Under the pieces are notes generated by a model. That model did not search any database. It was given only the letters and a program-made list of their open reading frames with translations, and was not told the DNA's origin. A stretch of 60,000 nt of DNA from Vicugna vicugna (taxonomy: Eukaryota): the NCBI GenBank assembly GCA_013265495.1, contig MU058009.1:1490001-1550000 (forward strand). Reading direction: 5' to 3'. Numbering within the stretch: position 1 is the first letter of the stretch; each line of letters starts with the position of its first letter. A program made the translations under genes and the position numbers. Of the stretch, positions 24,953-38,300 are shown one piece after another.

Positions 24953-25429
24953 TGACTCTACTTTGAATACTTAAAGGACAGGGACTCACTCAGAAGAAAA
25001 ACTGGAAGCAGTATCTTCCTGTACAGCAGAAACCCCTGCATAGATTTGGGATTCAGCTACACACGCGAGTGTAGTGTGCACACCCACAACCATACCTATT
25101 CGGTAACACAGCCCTCAGCCATGCCAAAAGCAAGACCAAGCACTTGGGGCTGAATTCTTTCAGAGATCCTGAACGACCCACCTGCTTCACTTCCAGGTGA
25201 GAGCGCCTGTCATGCTACACAGAGCAGCGCTCCTGAGAGGAGGACCCAGGCCGCTGGGAGCCTAGGACCTGCTTCTCAGCCAGCGAATAGAGCTTTGTGT
25301 CTTTTGTCGCCTCTCAGCCTCATATAGAAATGTCACTCTCTGTCCTGCTGCTGGCTGTGCCACACTTTCCGTCTCTACCCACTCCCCACCCACTGGATCT
25401 CAAGGGATAAAGGTTGAAATCGTTCCAGT

Positions 25430-25640
25430 CTATCGTGCATCCAGTATATGCCAGGCTCTGTGTAGATTATGACGGGACCCTCTAATTTCACCTCCCAGGA
25501 GGTAGTAATATCTGTATTTCACAGAAGAGAAAACTGGCTTAGGGAGGCTGAACGCTTCCAAGTTCACACAGCCGGAAAGCAGCATCCTGGACTGAAAGCC
25601 AGGTATTTCTCCCTCTGAAGATGTTACTCTTCAGCACCGC
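25430..25640 (-). mobile_element. MIR
   Basis: TATGCCAGGC...TTTCACAGAAGAGAAAACTGGCTTAGGGAGG...CCAAGTTCACACAGC. Confidence 0.75.
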
Positions 25641-26041
25641 TTCCCTGCCAGCCTCATTCATTCACGTGTATCCAACAGCTCAACAAAGATGTCTTTCTGA
25701 GGATATCTACTGTCAAACATCCCTTAACCATCTCTCCATTAGTACATTTATGCTGGTCCGTGTGTCTTCATGTTTGGTTTGAGAAAACAGCCTGCTTGAA
25801 AACAGCTTCAGTCACAGCTTTGGCATACCCTGATTTTTTCGTTTTTTGAATTTTTAGGGGGGGGGGTCTGCTTTTTTTTTTAATTCAATCTTACTTCTTG
25901 TACAAGAACAGGCCAGTTTCTGGAGGAAGAATCAGTCACACTATGCTTTAGAACTCTTAAATTCCTTATCCTTTATCCATCTGAATACTCTCGACAGAGA
26001 AAATCAATTTTTCTAATTTCCTGCTTATTTCTTCATTTACT

Positions 26042-26160
26042 TCTTTTTTTTTTATCAAGGTATAGTCAGTTCACAATGTTGTGCCAGTTTCCGGTGTACA
26101 GCACAATGCTTCAGTCATACATGAACATACACATATTTATTTTCATACCATTTATTTCTT
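26042..26160 (-). mobile_element. Camelid-type L1 3' tail, antisense
   Basis: T-run then GTATAGTCAGTTCACAATGTTGTGCCAGTTTCCGGTGTACAGCACAATGCTTCAGTCATACATG. Confidence 0.88.
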
Positions 26161-29049
26161 CATTATCTCTCTCTTCAATAAACTGCACCCTCCATAAGGA
26201 CAGAGTCCACATCTCAAATACAATCACTGACGTATAGACACACAGACCCAGCACATCATAGACATTCAATAAATGATTATGGTATAAACAAACAATTGCA
26301 TGTGTCGTCCAAAGGGCAACAAGGAGAAGTCTGGTGTTTACATTCTGCACCTCACACATGGCGCAAAATTTTCCACCGATTCCCACCCTCAGGAGAGGAG
26401 CAGCCTTGTTACAGCAGAGCTGCCCTTCCCGGCCACGTGGCCCGGCCACATTTCCCCACATCAGGCCGTGACTCGCTCCGCGCCGCGCCCCCTCCCACTT
26501 CATAGCTTTGTTTGGGTTTGAGTTCGTGGGTGTGAAGGTCTGAATTGTTTGACTTTGCTCGGCGATGGAGGCCTGTCTCAGTGACCCAGGTCACTTACCT
26601 GGCCTCACCCCACCTCCTTATCTGCAGCCTCAGGCTTTTTGATCCCCGTGATACCAGTAACACAGTCCCCAAAACCACTGGAATGAGAAAACTGACTCAG
26701 AAAGTGAAAAGTGATCTGGGCTTCGCGTGTGCCGCCCGGATGAACGCGGCCAGCGGCCTCAGACAGCATGGACTTCCCCTGACAATTAGCCAGGGTTCAC
26801 TTCTTGCCCGCCTCACCCTACATATTCAGCCTGATTTCCACTCACTCGGCGCCGAGTCTTTGGCTTCCAGACCTGCCGTGTTCAGCTCCATGTTCACACC
26901 CCCCTTCTCTGTTCTCCTTCAGGGCGTTAATTTACATTGATCATCTGTGAGATGCAGTCATTGTGCTGGATGCTGGGCATATAATAAACACACACACACA
27001 TCCTCCAGCCTTACAGACCTGCCTCCAGCCCCATCTCTTCCAAGCCGCTTTCTCAGATCCTCACCGCCTCCATCATCACTTGTTACTAAGTGCCAACTGG
27101 GTACTGAATAATAATCTTGTTCGCATGGTTTGCCACAGTTTCACATGGGTTAGTTCTATTCTCATAACTAGATTACCTATTATCTATTATCTATCTGATC
27201 ACAGATCACCTCATTTATTGCTACTGTGTTTCCTTAATAACCACTGATATAACTGTGGTGGGCTGTCTTACCCCTCCAGCCAGGAAGTGTTTCCAAAGAA
27301 CATTTTTTTTTTCAAAGCCCTCTGCACTGCAAAGAAGGAAGAGGAGGAAAAGGAGATGGAAGACTCAGTCTTCCTCCCTTTTACTGCAAACAACTCAACC
27401 CAGAATCCAGGCAAGCATCCTCAACTATGACCCAAATGATTAAGTGGGCGGGTGGGGGTGACAAGTCCTGGAAATATGCAGCTGATACAATGCTAGTTTC
27501 AAGGAGCCTTCCTGGGTACTGGCTATTTGAAGTCCTAATGCTTCTAGCAGATTGGATTCTTTGGCTACGTGTGTGCACTGACATTCCAAGACCCAGAGGT
27601 CAGGATGAGCACGTGTGAGTAACAAACAGGCACTCACTGAGTGACAAGAGTAGGGCCAGGCTGCTGAGAGCTGAGTGCCCTGGTACAGGGGGACAACCTC
27701 GGACTCTGTGGCCACAGGACAGCCGACAGGGACCTGCAGAGTGTGGACAGGGACCAGAGAGAGGCCCTGGGGGCTGGGAAGAGAAGAGGAGGTCTCCTTG
27801 TCCTGACCTGGTGTGGGAACCAAGGTGAAACGGGAGATGGCTGGGCCAAGGCAGTGACCCAGAAGGCTTAGCCAGAAGTAAAAGCAGATGGGAAACAGAA
27901 GCTGTCAGTGTCCTGTGAGCCATGGGGGTCTGCCCCGAAGGAGATGATCCCAAGAAAGATGCACCATCATTAACAGCATTCCCTGGGCCGACACTTGGCA
28001 ATCAGAGCTGGACGGCCATGGGCTGGGAGGACTGACCAGAGCACACAAGACATTTCGTCTGTCTAAATCAGCAGGGAAGGGACTTTGCCCTGGAAGAGCC
28101 TGGAAGAGCAGTCTCCTTTCCAATAATTCATTCATCTGACAGATATATCCTGTGCTCACTATTGATTCAGGATCGTAGGAATTCCAAAGGCAGGGTCTTT
28201 GTTCCAGGTTATTAATCAGCCACACCAGCAACAATAGAAGAATTCAGAACTGCTGCCTCTTGCCTAAGAATGACAAAGAAAACTGCATCTGGGGAGTGAG
28301 GGCTTTGCCAAAGAGAATTGGGGAGGCTTGACCACAAATCTAGAAGATCCTATAATTTATAGTGCATGATCATAGATCAGAGACTCAGTCTCACTTCTGG
28401 GCTGTGGTAAGGCATCAGTTTCTCTTCTGAAAAAAAAAGGTGGAATTCAACATTTCTGCTTCTGGTTTTCCCCCCGTACCAGCCCCGAGCCAGCCCACCC
28501 TGGAGCTAACGCTCTTTCTGTAAGAAAGGCCCGACGTTGCTATGAGTATTCTTAGGATGCGTGCCAACGGGACCCCCGGGAGAAATTCCAATTCTCATGC
28601 CAAAAGCTGCAGAGTGCTCCCCCGCTGGGATTTAGAGGAATCTAGGCCTGAAGTCCCCCTTTGAGCAGTCATTGAGATTTTAGTTAGTACGTTATTTAGA
28701 ATTTAATGTATGAGTATTAAATCCACTATTTCATGTAATAGTCATGATATTATACTACTATCCCCATCATACAGAAGAGGAAACCAAGTTAAGAGAAGTT
28801 AAGTAATGTACCCAAAAGTCACTCAATAAGTAGGTGACACAGTTAATCCTAAAATCTAGGTGGGCCTCCGTTTTGCAGAAATCATTTCCTCCAGTCATGG
28901 TTTCCTCCTTTCTCCTGGCAAACACTTGCTAGTCCCAAGTTAAACGCCCAGGGTCAATGTCACCTCTGTGAAGACTTCTTCAACTTCTCCTCCAGAGGCC
29001 TGCTGCTTCCTTGAGATCTTCACCCTTGTTGGTTTAAAGTTTACTGGCT

Positions 29050-30915
29050 AATTTGCAGATGGCATGACTTCATGTATGGAAAACCCTAAAGATCCACATA
29101 TACAAAGAAAAGAAAACTATTAGAAACAATAAGCAAATACAGTAAAGTTGCAGGATGCAAAATCAAAATACAAAAATCTGTTGCATTTCTATACACTAAC
29201 AATGAGCTAGCAGAAAGAGAAATTTTTAAAAACCATCTCATTTACAATTGCAACAAAAAAAAATAAAATACTTGGGAGTAAGTTCAACCAAGAAGGTGAA
29301 AGAAATGTACACTGAAAACTATAAGACATTGTTGAAAGAAATTGAAGACACAAATATATGGAAAGATATTTCATGCTCATGAGTTGGGAGGATTAACATT
29401 GTCAGAATGTCCATATTACCTAAAGCAATCTACAGATTCAATGCAATGTCTATCAAAATCCCAAGGAAATCCCCAAATACCACAGAAATAGAACAAAAAA
29501 AGTTCTAAAATTTATATGAACAACAAAAGACCCCAAATAGCCAAAGCAATCATGAGAAAAAAGAACAAAGCTGAAGGTCTTATACTTCCTGATTTTAAAT
29601 TATATTACAAAGACATAGTAATCAAAACAGCATTGCATTGGCAGAAAAACAGATACATAGACCAATGGAACAAAATTGAGCATCCAGATATAAACACACA
29701 CATATAATTTATGACAAAAAAAGCAAAAGATATACAATGGAGAAAGGATGGTCTCTTCAATAAATGGTGTTGGGAAAACTGGACAGTCATATGCAAAAAT
29801 TGAAACTAGACCACTATCTCTCACCATTCACAAAAATAAACTCAAAATGTATTAAAGACTTGAATGTAAGACCTGAAACAACTCTCAGGAGAAAAACATA
29901 GGCAGCATGCTCTTGGACATCAGTCTTAGCAATATCCTTCCAGATCTGTCTCCTCAGGCAAGAGAACCAGAGCAAAAATAAACAAGTGGGATGGAATTAC
30001 ATCAAACTAAAAAGCTTCTCCACAGCAAAGGACACATCAATAAAATGGAAAAAAAAAAAAAACTCCCAAATGGGAGAAGATAGTTACAAACAATGTATCT
30101 GAAAAGGAGTTAATATACAAAATACATAAAGAATTCATGCAACTCAACAAAAACAACAACAACAAAACAACCTGATTGAAAAAATGGGCAGAGGAGCTCA
30201 GTAGAAGTTTTTCCACAGAAGACATATAGATGGCCAACAGATACATGGATACAAGCTCAGCATCACTCATCATCAGGGAAGTGCAAATCAAAACTGCAAT
30301 GAGGTATCATCTCACACTTGTCAGAACAGCAATTATCAAAAAGACAACAAAGAATACAAGAACTTTAATTTGAAAGGATATATGCAGTCCTATGTTCACT
30401 GCAGCATTGTTTACAATAGGCAAGATATGGAAACAACCTAAATGCCCGTTAACGAATAATGGATAAGTAAAATGTGGTATATAATACAATGGAATATTAC
30501 TTGGTTATAAAAAAGACACGAACTCTTGCCACTTGCCACAGCGTGAATGGATGGACCTTGAGGGTACTGTGCTAAATGAAATAAGTCAGATGGAGAAAGA
30601 CAAATATCTTAAGATTTCACTCATATGTGGAGTATAAAAGCCTAACAACAAACAAACAAAACCAAAATAAATAAATGAATAAAACTAAACAAAAACTAAC
30701 ATGTAGATACAGAGAACAGAGTACTGGATACCAGAGAAGAGGGGTGGGGTGAAGGGCAAAACGAACTGTAGGGTGACAGACGGAAACTGCATTTCTGGTG
30801 GGGAGCACGCTGAGGGTATACAGAAGTAGAAATAGAATGCTATATACTTCAAAATTATATAATGCTATAAATCAATGTCACCTCAATTAAAAATAATAAT
30901 AATAGAATAAATAAA
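29050..30915 (+). mobile_element. L1 ORF2 3' portion plus 3' UTR (Laurasiatherian lineage), 5'-truncated, disrupted
   Basis: Starts at the RT motif TTTGCAGATGGCATGAC (FADDM region); ORF 29516-29707 [38 protein letters not shown] is L1 ORF2; apparent internal deletion near 30350; A-rich tail at 30888-30920. Confidence 0.95.
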
Positions 30916-31099
30916 CAAACACTGGCAAACAGTGTTTGGTAACACAATTTCTTATTGCTGTTTTATGTACAGCCATTCCTTTTCCTGCTATAAATTTTCT
31001 GAGAATTCTGGCTGGGTTTTATCTATCCTAGTGTCTATCTCTGGTTGACACACAATAGGTGCTTAATAAATGTTTGTTGAATCGACCTCTTTCTGACTC

Positions 31100-33050
31100 C
31101 AAATCTCAGGTTCTTTCCACAACAGAAAACTCCCCCTTCCCTTGAATGTGCATCCAAAAAAAAGTCCATTTCTCTTGGAAATGACTGATGGAGTACAACT
31201 CAAATTCCTGCTCCACTTCTGGTGGAGCTGAATTCCTGAAAAAACCCAGTTCCTGTCCCCGAAGAGGAGGGAGAGCCCCGCCTCCTTGTCCCGGGGGCAG
31301 ATTGAAGTGAATGCTGGTCAGATTCATGTTATTTAAGCTGTTCTGGTTACTGTGATAATAGTTCTGAACAGGGAGGGAATTTCAAGAGCCAACCGCCTGG
31401 GCATGCAATCTGTTTTTCCAATGTTTCTCCCCCCTTAAAAAAAAATGAGGTAGAAAAAACATAAATGCTCCACATCATTGCCAATGAGTTTCCATTTGAT
31501 GGCGGGGTGGGGAGGAGAAAATACTATGAACTCAATCAGCAACGTGGTAAAAACCAGCTGTCTCACGCCCTAAAAGCACTTTACAGCGGCCTGCAATTAA
31601 AAAAAAAGAAAAAAGAAGAGAAAAGAAAGAAAAGGAAGGGAAAAAATTAATAAAGGGCTGAAAATCAGTTGCCGTAAACTGCCATCGTCTCTCTTCGGCC
31701 ACGAGGCCACTCTACTCCCGTCTACACCTGCTGGGGATAAACAGAGTCAACCCAGGGCAGGGAGAGGATGTGGCTGCAGCATAATTTCAACTCTATCAAA
31801 CACCGAGCAAGAATTTGAGCCATACTCTTGGCTCCCCAAGAAAGCTTCTCTCCTGAACGTTCTCTATAAATCCCAGAAGGCCCTACTGAATTTTAGTGGT
31901 CCTGTTGGGCACACTGATTTTTTTACGATAGTTTGAAAGCCTCATTGGCCAAGGTCCTAAGGCCTTGCCAGGCCATGAGTCACTTCGGGTTAGACGATCA
32001 TGATTCCCATTGTAGAGATTATTCCCATTGCAGAGAAGAGTAACCAAGAGACAGAATATATAAGGGGTTTTGCCTTCCGGTATGGTCGCTTCACAGTGTC
32101 TACCAATTCTCAAACCGCTTTCAATCAGTTCACATATCAAAAGGGAAAATTGACAGGACTCATTACCTGGCAGAATAATTGCATTATTTCTTTTCTGTTC
32201 TCAGTCTTTTGGTTTGTTGTCATGTCGGTACAAACTGAGTGAATTTTCACTTGTCACGTCTTGAAAGAGACAGACGGCAGGACTCCTGGTATTTCAGTAC
32301 TTTGTTCTTCGTGGCCGTCGTTAATTCACTTGTCTGTCCCCCATCTGCACCGCTAATCCGGGTGGTACCAATGGGTTTGTTGGGAAGGGACGGTGTGTCA
32401 CAAAACACACAGTGTTCTGCTTTGTCTTCCGGTGTTTGAGCTGATGCTGCAGAGAAGCTGACAGCAGCGGGGACTTCGTGCTTCTGCAGACACATTTGTT
32501 TGCCTCTCTGACTTGGAAGAAGGGACCGGGGAGAAGATGAGGACAGAAGAACTGAGAGGCGGCTTATTGGCAAGTTATTAAAGGTCCAAGGCCAACTTGG
32601 GGGCCAGTGGAATATTTTTGGCAGAAATTAACTTCCAAAACCATTTATAAGACTGATTTCATTCACTCCTAAAATATGTATCGTGTCTACATTAGGTAAT
32701 AGATACACAGGAGGAGAGAAGACTTAATAGAGAAGCATTGAGCTGGGAGAGGACGCATGAGTCAGATTTCTAAAGTTGGAAAAGAGAATTCCAGCCAGAA
32801 GAAATAGCTGGCCTGGAGGCATGGAGGCTCCAACGTTCTTGGTATTTAAAGAAATACTGAGAAGTATTAAGAGGGCCATGAACTGGCTGTTTGTGAGATC
32901 CAATGGCTTCTGACGCTGCTCGGTGAGGAAGAGCAATTGTGCGGATGATAACTTTGCTCCCATTCAGCCCCTCCCAGCCCAGCCCCAAAAGTGAAGAAGT
33001 CCCTTTCATTTCTTCAGCCCTTCCTGATTTCTCCCTCCCAAACTATTTCT
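31100..33050. promoter_or_regulatory. ~2-kb repeat-free block with clustered TF motifs (candidate enhancer/promoter)
   Basis: AP-1 TGAGTCA at 31976 and 32758, TATATAAG 32057, CTTCCGG (ETS) ~32074 and ~32426, CCAAGGCCA (NR5A) 32586, duplicated ATTCCCATTG. Confidence 0.4.
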
Positions 33051-33439
33051 GTGCATAATCACACGCACTCACATGTGCACACACATGCATGCATGAACTC
33101 ACGCATGCGCATGCACTGCCTTGGACCATTAACCTGCCCAACATCTAAAGTGCTGTCATTGTAGTAAGAGGCACGTTTCTTTTGAAGACAGAAGTCAGTA
33201 ATCATATCTCATCTAACTGTAAACTCCAAGTCTTGGGCAGTTTCAAGCACAAGCCTACACTTAATAAATATTTGGTGAGCTGAAGTGAATGAGATCACTG
33301 GGCAGGATCAGACATTGTATATGCAAAGCCTCCCCTTGGCTTCCTAGATTTGTATTCATGACTGTCTCCCCAAATATACAGAAGACTGGCGGGAACCCTG
33401 TGTAATCCTTTGTCCTACTTCAAAAGCCAAAGAAGGAAA

Positions 33440-33650
33440 CTGATAAATATTGAGTGTCTTCTAAATATTTTCCTTGCACTCATTTCATTTTATTTACCTA
33501 AAAATGTTCCCCATGTCAGAATCAAGAAAACTGAGGCTCACAAAGGTGAAGCCACTTGAAGGCGGCACAGCTGGTCGGCAACAGAAACAGCATTTACATT
33601 CACATCTGCCTGAGTCCAAGGACCCCAGGCTTTGCACCTTCCTCCAGTGC
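33440..33650 (-). mobile_element. MIR
   Basis: AAGAAAACTGAGGCTCACAAAGGTGAAGCCACTTGAAGGCGGCACAGCTGG...TCTGCCTGAGTCCAAG. Confidence 0.75.
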
Positions 33651-34509
33651 TTCCTGGGAATCTAACCAGCCTTTCATTTCACTAAAATGAAATTCCTAAA
33701 GTTCCCTTTTTAAATGAAAGTTTTTATCTCCATTCACAAAAAGAAAAAAAAATAGAAAACTTCCTCTGACCAATGGAAAAAATAATCGGTTGCTTTGCTT
33801 ACTGGCAAACGGCCCGATCGTGTGGGCCAGGCTGTGAAAGAGACGGACAGAGGTTCTCATGGAAAGCAAACACTCCACCCACTCATATTTGTGTTTCTCT
33901 GAGGTTAACCCAGGGCCCCCCACCACCGCCCAGTACATTGCTCTGGTGACTGTTCCCACCATCAGAATCCAGATAGCACAGAGGGCTGAGGCATTAGAAT
34001 CTTATCATCCCTATTAAAAGATAAACCCCCAAATTCAACGCTTATCACTAGAAGCTTTGTACACTCCAGTCAGTGCTTTCAAAGAAAGCAGGCAAAGTAT
34101 TTCTGCTCTCTGCTCAAGTGAGACCTGCCAGCATTTGCATCGCTGGTGCAGCCTTGAAAAAGGTAATTAAAAACAGAGTAGAGTGCTTTGTTTTGATATT
34201 CGCCAGACCTTCTCTTTAGGAAATCTATGGTATTAAAATGGATGAAATAGGAAGTTAAAAAGAATGAAATCAACATCCTTTCTCAAAGTCCACCAAATGC
34301 TTTGTGAAAAACCCACGTTTCTTCCATGTGGACCGTTCATAGTTAAGTTGTGAGTCCAGCCCCAGAGAGCTCTCTGCCCAAGCACATGTCATTCGTCCAT
34401 CCCATGTCCCTGTTGCACCAGCCACTGAAAGAGAAATCAGAACAAAACAAGACCTTTCTCTTAGAGAGAGGAGAGGATGAGGGAACTACTCAAATAATTG
34501 TTTTGGAAT

Positions 34510-35000
34510 GAATCTTAGTCCACCTCTCCAGCTTTAACTCACACCACAATTACCCTGGGCCACCCCCACCCCGCAGCCCCACCCCCAACCCCACGATGCT
34601 TTCACACTATGTTCTCCAACCATCGCTGCGGCTTGAGCCTCACAAATGTGCGGTCCCCTCTCTTACCATCAAGGTGTGCCCATATTTCTCCTTTTGTTAT
34701 TAGTTCACTCTCCTGTCCTCTCTTCCCGGTTAATTCTTTCTCATCCTTCAAGGCTCAGCTCAGATATCAGTTTACTCAGAAGCCATCATGGGCCTCTCCC
34801 CATAGGTTAGGTGTCCATCCCATCTCTTCCCCAAGCACTCCTAAATTTCCCTAACAAAGCCCTTAACACTTTATGGTGCAATTGTTTGTAAATTTCTCTT
34901 TCTCCTTTACTATCAAGAGGGACATGGGCCATGTTACAGTTGTTCTGGAGCCTTGCAAAATGTCCAACCTGTAATAAGTGCTCAATAAATATGGGGAGAA
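34510..35000 (+). mobile_element. L2 3' fragment
   Basis: CTCATCCTTCAAGGCTCAGCTCAGATATC...TAATAAGTGCTCAATAAATATG. Confidence 0.7.
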
Positions 35001-36365
35001 ATTGTTTTGTATGTGATATAAATATAGCACAATGTGGGGAGTAGTCAACTTTGGATTAAAGAATCAGAGGGTCAGAGAAGGCTTCACAGAGAACACTATT
35101 GAACTGAATCTTAAAGAATTAACAAGAATTCACCAGATGAACAAGTTTGTGGAAGAACCTTCCAAGGGGGACAGTGTATGCAAAAACGATAAAGAAAGAA
35201 AACACACGTTCAAAGAAAAGTAAGTCATCTAACGTGGCAAGGGTGCAGAGTATCAAGAGGGAAAGCAGCAAGAGACGAGACTGAAGAGTGAGCGTGAAAT
35301 AGACTAGAGCAGGCTTTGAACAGAAACAGAAGTTTGCGCTTTAGCCTACAGACGTGCAATAGAGAATATATTCCTTTCTGTTTCTCCCTGCCAGCATATG
35401 CACATAAGATCATTTTAATAGTGTCCTAACACTCGTAACACAACATGAAAAGTCAATCTAGTATAGTAAAATAGTCTGTATTTTATTCTGAGACCAAATA
35501 GATACAGCTTTGGATTATTCCCTGCTTTTGATTATTCCTATCGCTACTCAATTCCAGCAACACAGGCAATAATAGAACTTATTTTTAAAAAATCAATTGT
35601 TTAGGCTCTGCCCTGAATCAGATCAGCAGACATAGAGGTACAGGTATGCATGCTTCAAAAATAAAAATATTCACAGATAATTCCATGCACTCAAAAGAAA
35701 GCCTTGAACTTCCTAAGTGCAGTGGGCCCATCAGGACATTTGCTCTCTGAATCCACCGTCCCATCATTTATCTTCCCTGATGTGTTAGTTACTTTAAAAC
35801 GATGGGTTTCCAGTCTAGCAGAATGACGCATTTTTCTCTTGCTTACTCTTTGTTCTCAAACTAGGTTTTAACACAAACCATTTGATATTTTAAGAGGCTG
35901 AGTGAGACAGACTGCCAAGGTCAGAGCAAGCAACTGTCGTCTTGGGAACTGAAAGATGGATGTATGTCCAAGGGGGATGCGATTCTCTTTCTCATATTGG
36001 TGAAGAGCCATTAGACAAACAAACCGTCGGGGCAAGTGCAGAGGTGTCGGACTGGGCACCATCTGCTAATGTGCTGGTCACTGATGGACATCAGCCAGCT
36101 GGCGGGCGGAGGCGCCAGGCTCAGGGAAAGCCTTACACGCAATTCCTCCTCCACAGAGCCTGCTGGCCTCTCGCATAGTCAAGGACTCGGCTAAGTAAAT
36201 TTTCCTCCATAGGTTACAGCTGAACTTTTAACATATCTCTCATTGTCACTTATTCACCTAACCCCCACTTGGGAATGCTTGATATACTTGAACATTCCAT
36301 AATTCTTAACTCTGGTGGGGACAAATGATTGGAGGAGTGCCATTAAGGTAATGGAACAATCAAGG

Positions 36366-36707
36366 TGTTAGACTGAGGTGACCCCAAAGCCTTGGTTGCC
36401 TACATAAGCAAACCAAAACCAATTCTTGTAAATGGACTTGCATCAGAGAAAATCAAATTTAAGAACAGCCAATCGCAAACAGCCAAATAAGGCAACTGCT
36501 TAAGCTATGGCCAGTCAGATTCTTCCTTTGCTTTGCTTCCACATCTGCTCTATAAAGCCTTGCCCGGAGCTCCTGTTGGTGCAGTGCCCCTAACCACTTC
36601 TGGTCTGGCTTTGCCCAGCTCAAACTGATGTTTGCTCAAATGAACTTTGAGAACTTAATGTTATCTTTACAGTGTAATATTCTTTTAACAGCATAATATT
36701 CTTTACA
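36366..36707 (+). mobile_element. ERV1-type LTR (probably solo)
   Basis: Begins TG (TGTTAGACTGAGG); AGCCAATC, TATA (CTATAAAG ~36550), polyA-region TTTGCTCAAATGAACT; ends ...TTTACA. Confidence 0.75.
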
Positions 36708-36713
36708 GGAACG

Positions 36714-37415
36714 ATCAGGGAAATGCAAATCAAAACCACAATGAGATATCACTTCACACTTAAGATCGCTGGGATGGTCAGAGTCAAAAAACACAGATAA
36801 TATCAAGTGCTGGTGAGGATGTAGATAAGTTGGATTCTTCGTACATTGCTGACGAGAGTGTAAAATTGTACAAGTGTTTTGGAAAATTCTGACAGTTCCT
36901 CAGAAGTTTAAATATAGTTACCCAATGACCCAGAAATTCTACATCTACATATGTAACTAGGGAAATAAAAATGTGTGTCCACACAGAACCTTGTATGAGG
37001 ATATTCATAGAAGCATTATTCATAATGGCCAAAAAGTAAAAACAACCTAATCGTCCCCATCAACTGAAGAGTGCATGCATATAATGCGATGTACCCCTGG
37101 AATGCAATATTATGCAGACATAAAAAGAATTGAAGTACTGATGAACTCTGGAAAGAGTGAAAGAAGCCAGTCACAGAAGACCACGGAAGATTCCATGTAC
37201 AAGAAATGTTCATGATACACAAACTTGTAGAGACAGAGAGTAAGCTAGTAACTGCCTAGCCTGAGAGGAGGGGGATGTTGGGGAGATATGGGAAGTGACT
37301 GTTAATGGGTATGGAGTTTCTTTTGGGAGGGATAAAAAGTGCTCCAAAGTTGATTGAGGTGATGGTTTCTCAACTCTGTGAATATACTAAAAAACACTGA
37401 ATTGCAGACTTTAAG
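36714..37415 (+). mobile_element. L1MB-like ORF2 end plus 3' UTR
   Basis: ATCAGGGAAATGCAAATCAAAACCACAATGAGATATCAC...GTTAATGGGTATGGAGTTTCTTTTGGG...CTCTGTGAATATACTAAAAAACACTGAATTG. Confidence 0.92.
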
Positions 37416-37794
37416 AAACAAACTAAGGGAGCTACAAACTTTAAAAAATAATAATAAAAGGGTAGCTACATGGGAATAGAACAGAATGTTTAAGTTCAGC
37501 TCAGCCAATAAAGCGAGGACCATGGAGTCCCCAAAGAGAAACATGATAATGATGCCCCCTCACCCCTCACGGGCCCCAAGGACCGGTTCTTTTTCACTTT
37601 GCTTCCTGTGTTGGAACATGGGAACATCAGTTCTCAACAACGCCTCCACTCAGATATTTCTTCAACAACAGACAGAAGTGGACAAAAGGTTTTCACTTTG
37701 AGAAAACACAGAGGTAATAGTCCAGCAGCCACCAACCAATCAGCACAGAGTCCAGGCAATCAGAACCAAAGCCTAACCAATCAGAGCTTTGGAT

Positions 37795-38300
37795 TAGAGA
37801 ACAAACTTGTGGTGACCAGTGGGTGAAGAGGTTGGGGAAGGATAAACCGGGAGTTCAGAATTGGCACCTCTTGGGGACTGAGGGACATGCTAGCTGTCTT
37901 GACTGTGATAGTGGCTTCACAGGTGTGTGTATCTATCAAAATGCATCAAATTGTACACCTGAAATATGTATATTTTACTGTACAGGAATTATTATACCCC
38001 AATAAAAGTGTTTAAAAAAAAAAGGAAACAGACTCACAAATAATAGTGAAAAAACTAGTGATTACCAACAGGGAGAGGGCAGAGGGGAAGGGCAAGACAG
38101 AACTGAGGATTAGGAGATACAAACTGTTAATATATAAAATAAATAAGCTACAAGGATAACATTGTACAACATAGGTGATATAGCTGGTATTTTTAATCAT
38201 TATAAGTGGAGTATACTCTTTAAAAATTGTGAATCACTGTGTTGTACACCTGTAACTTGTACAGTACTGAGTATCAACTGTATCTCAATTTTTTAAAAAG
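37795..38300 (+). mobile_element. Three stacked L1 3'-UTR fragments of different subfamilies
   Basis: AGAGAACAAACTTGTGGTGACCAG (37796-37862); CTTGACTGTGATAGTGG...AATTATTATACCCCAATAAAAG (37870-38010); ACAGACTCACA...GAATCACTGTGTTGTACACCTGTAAC...CAACTGTATCTCAAT (38025-38300). Confidence 0.8.
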
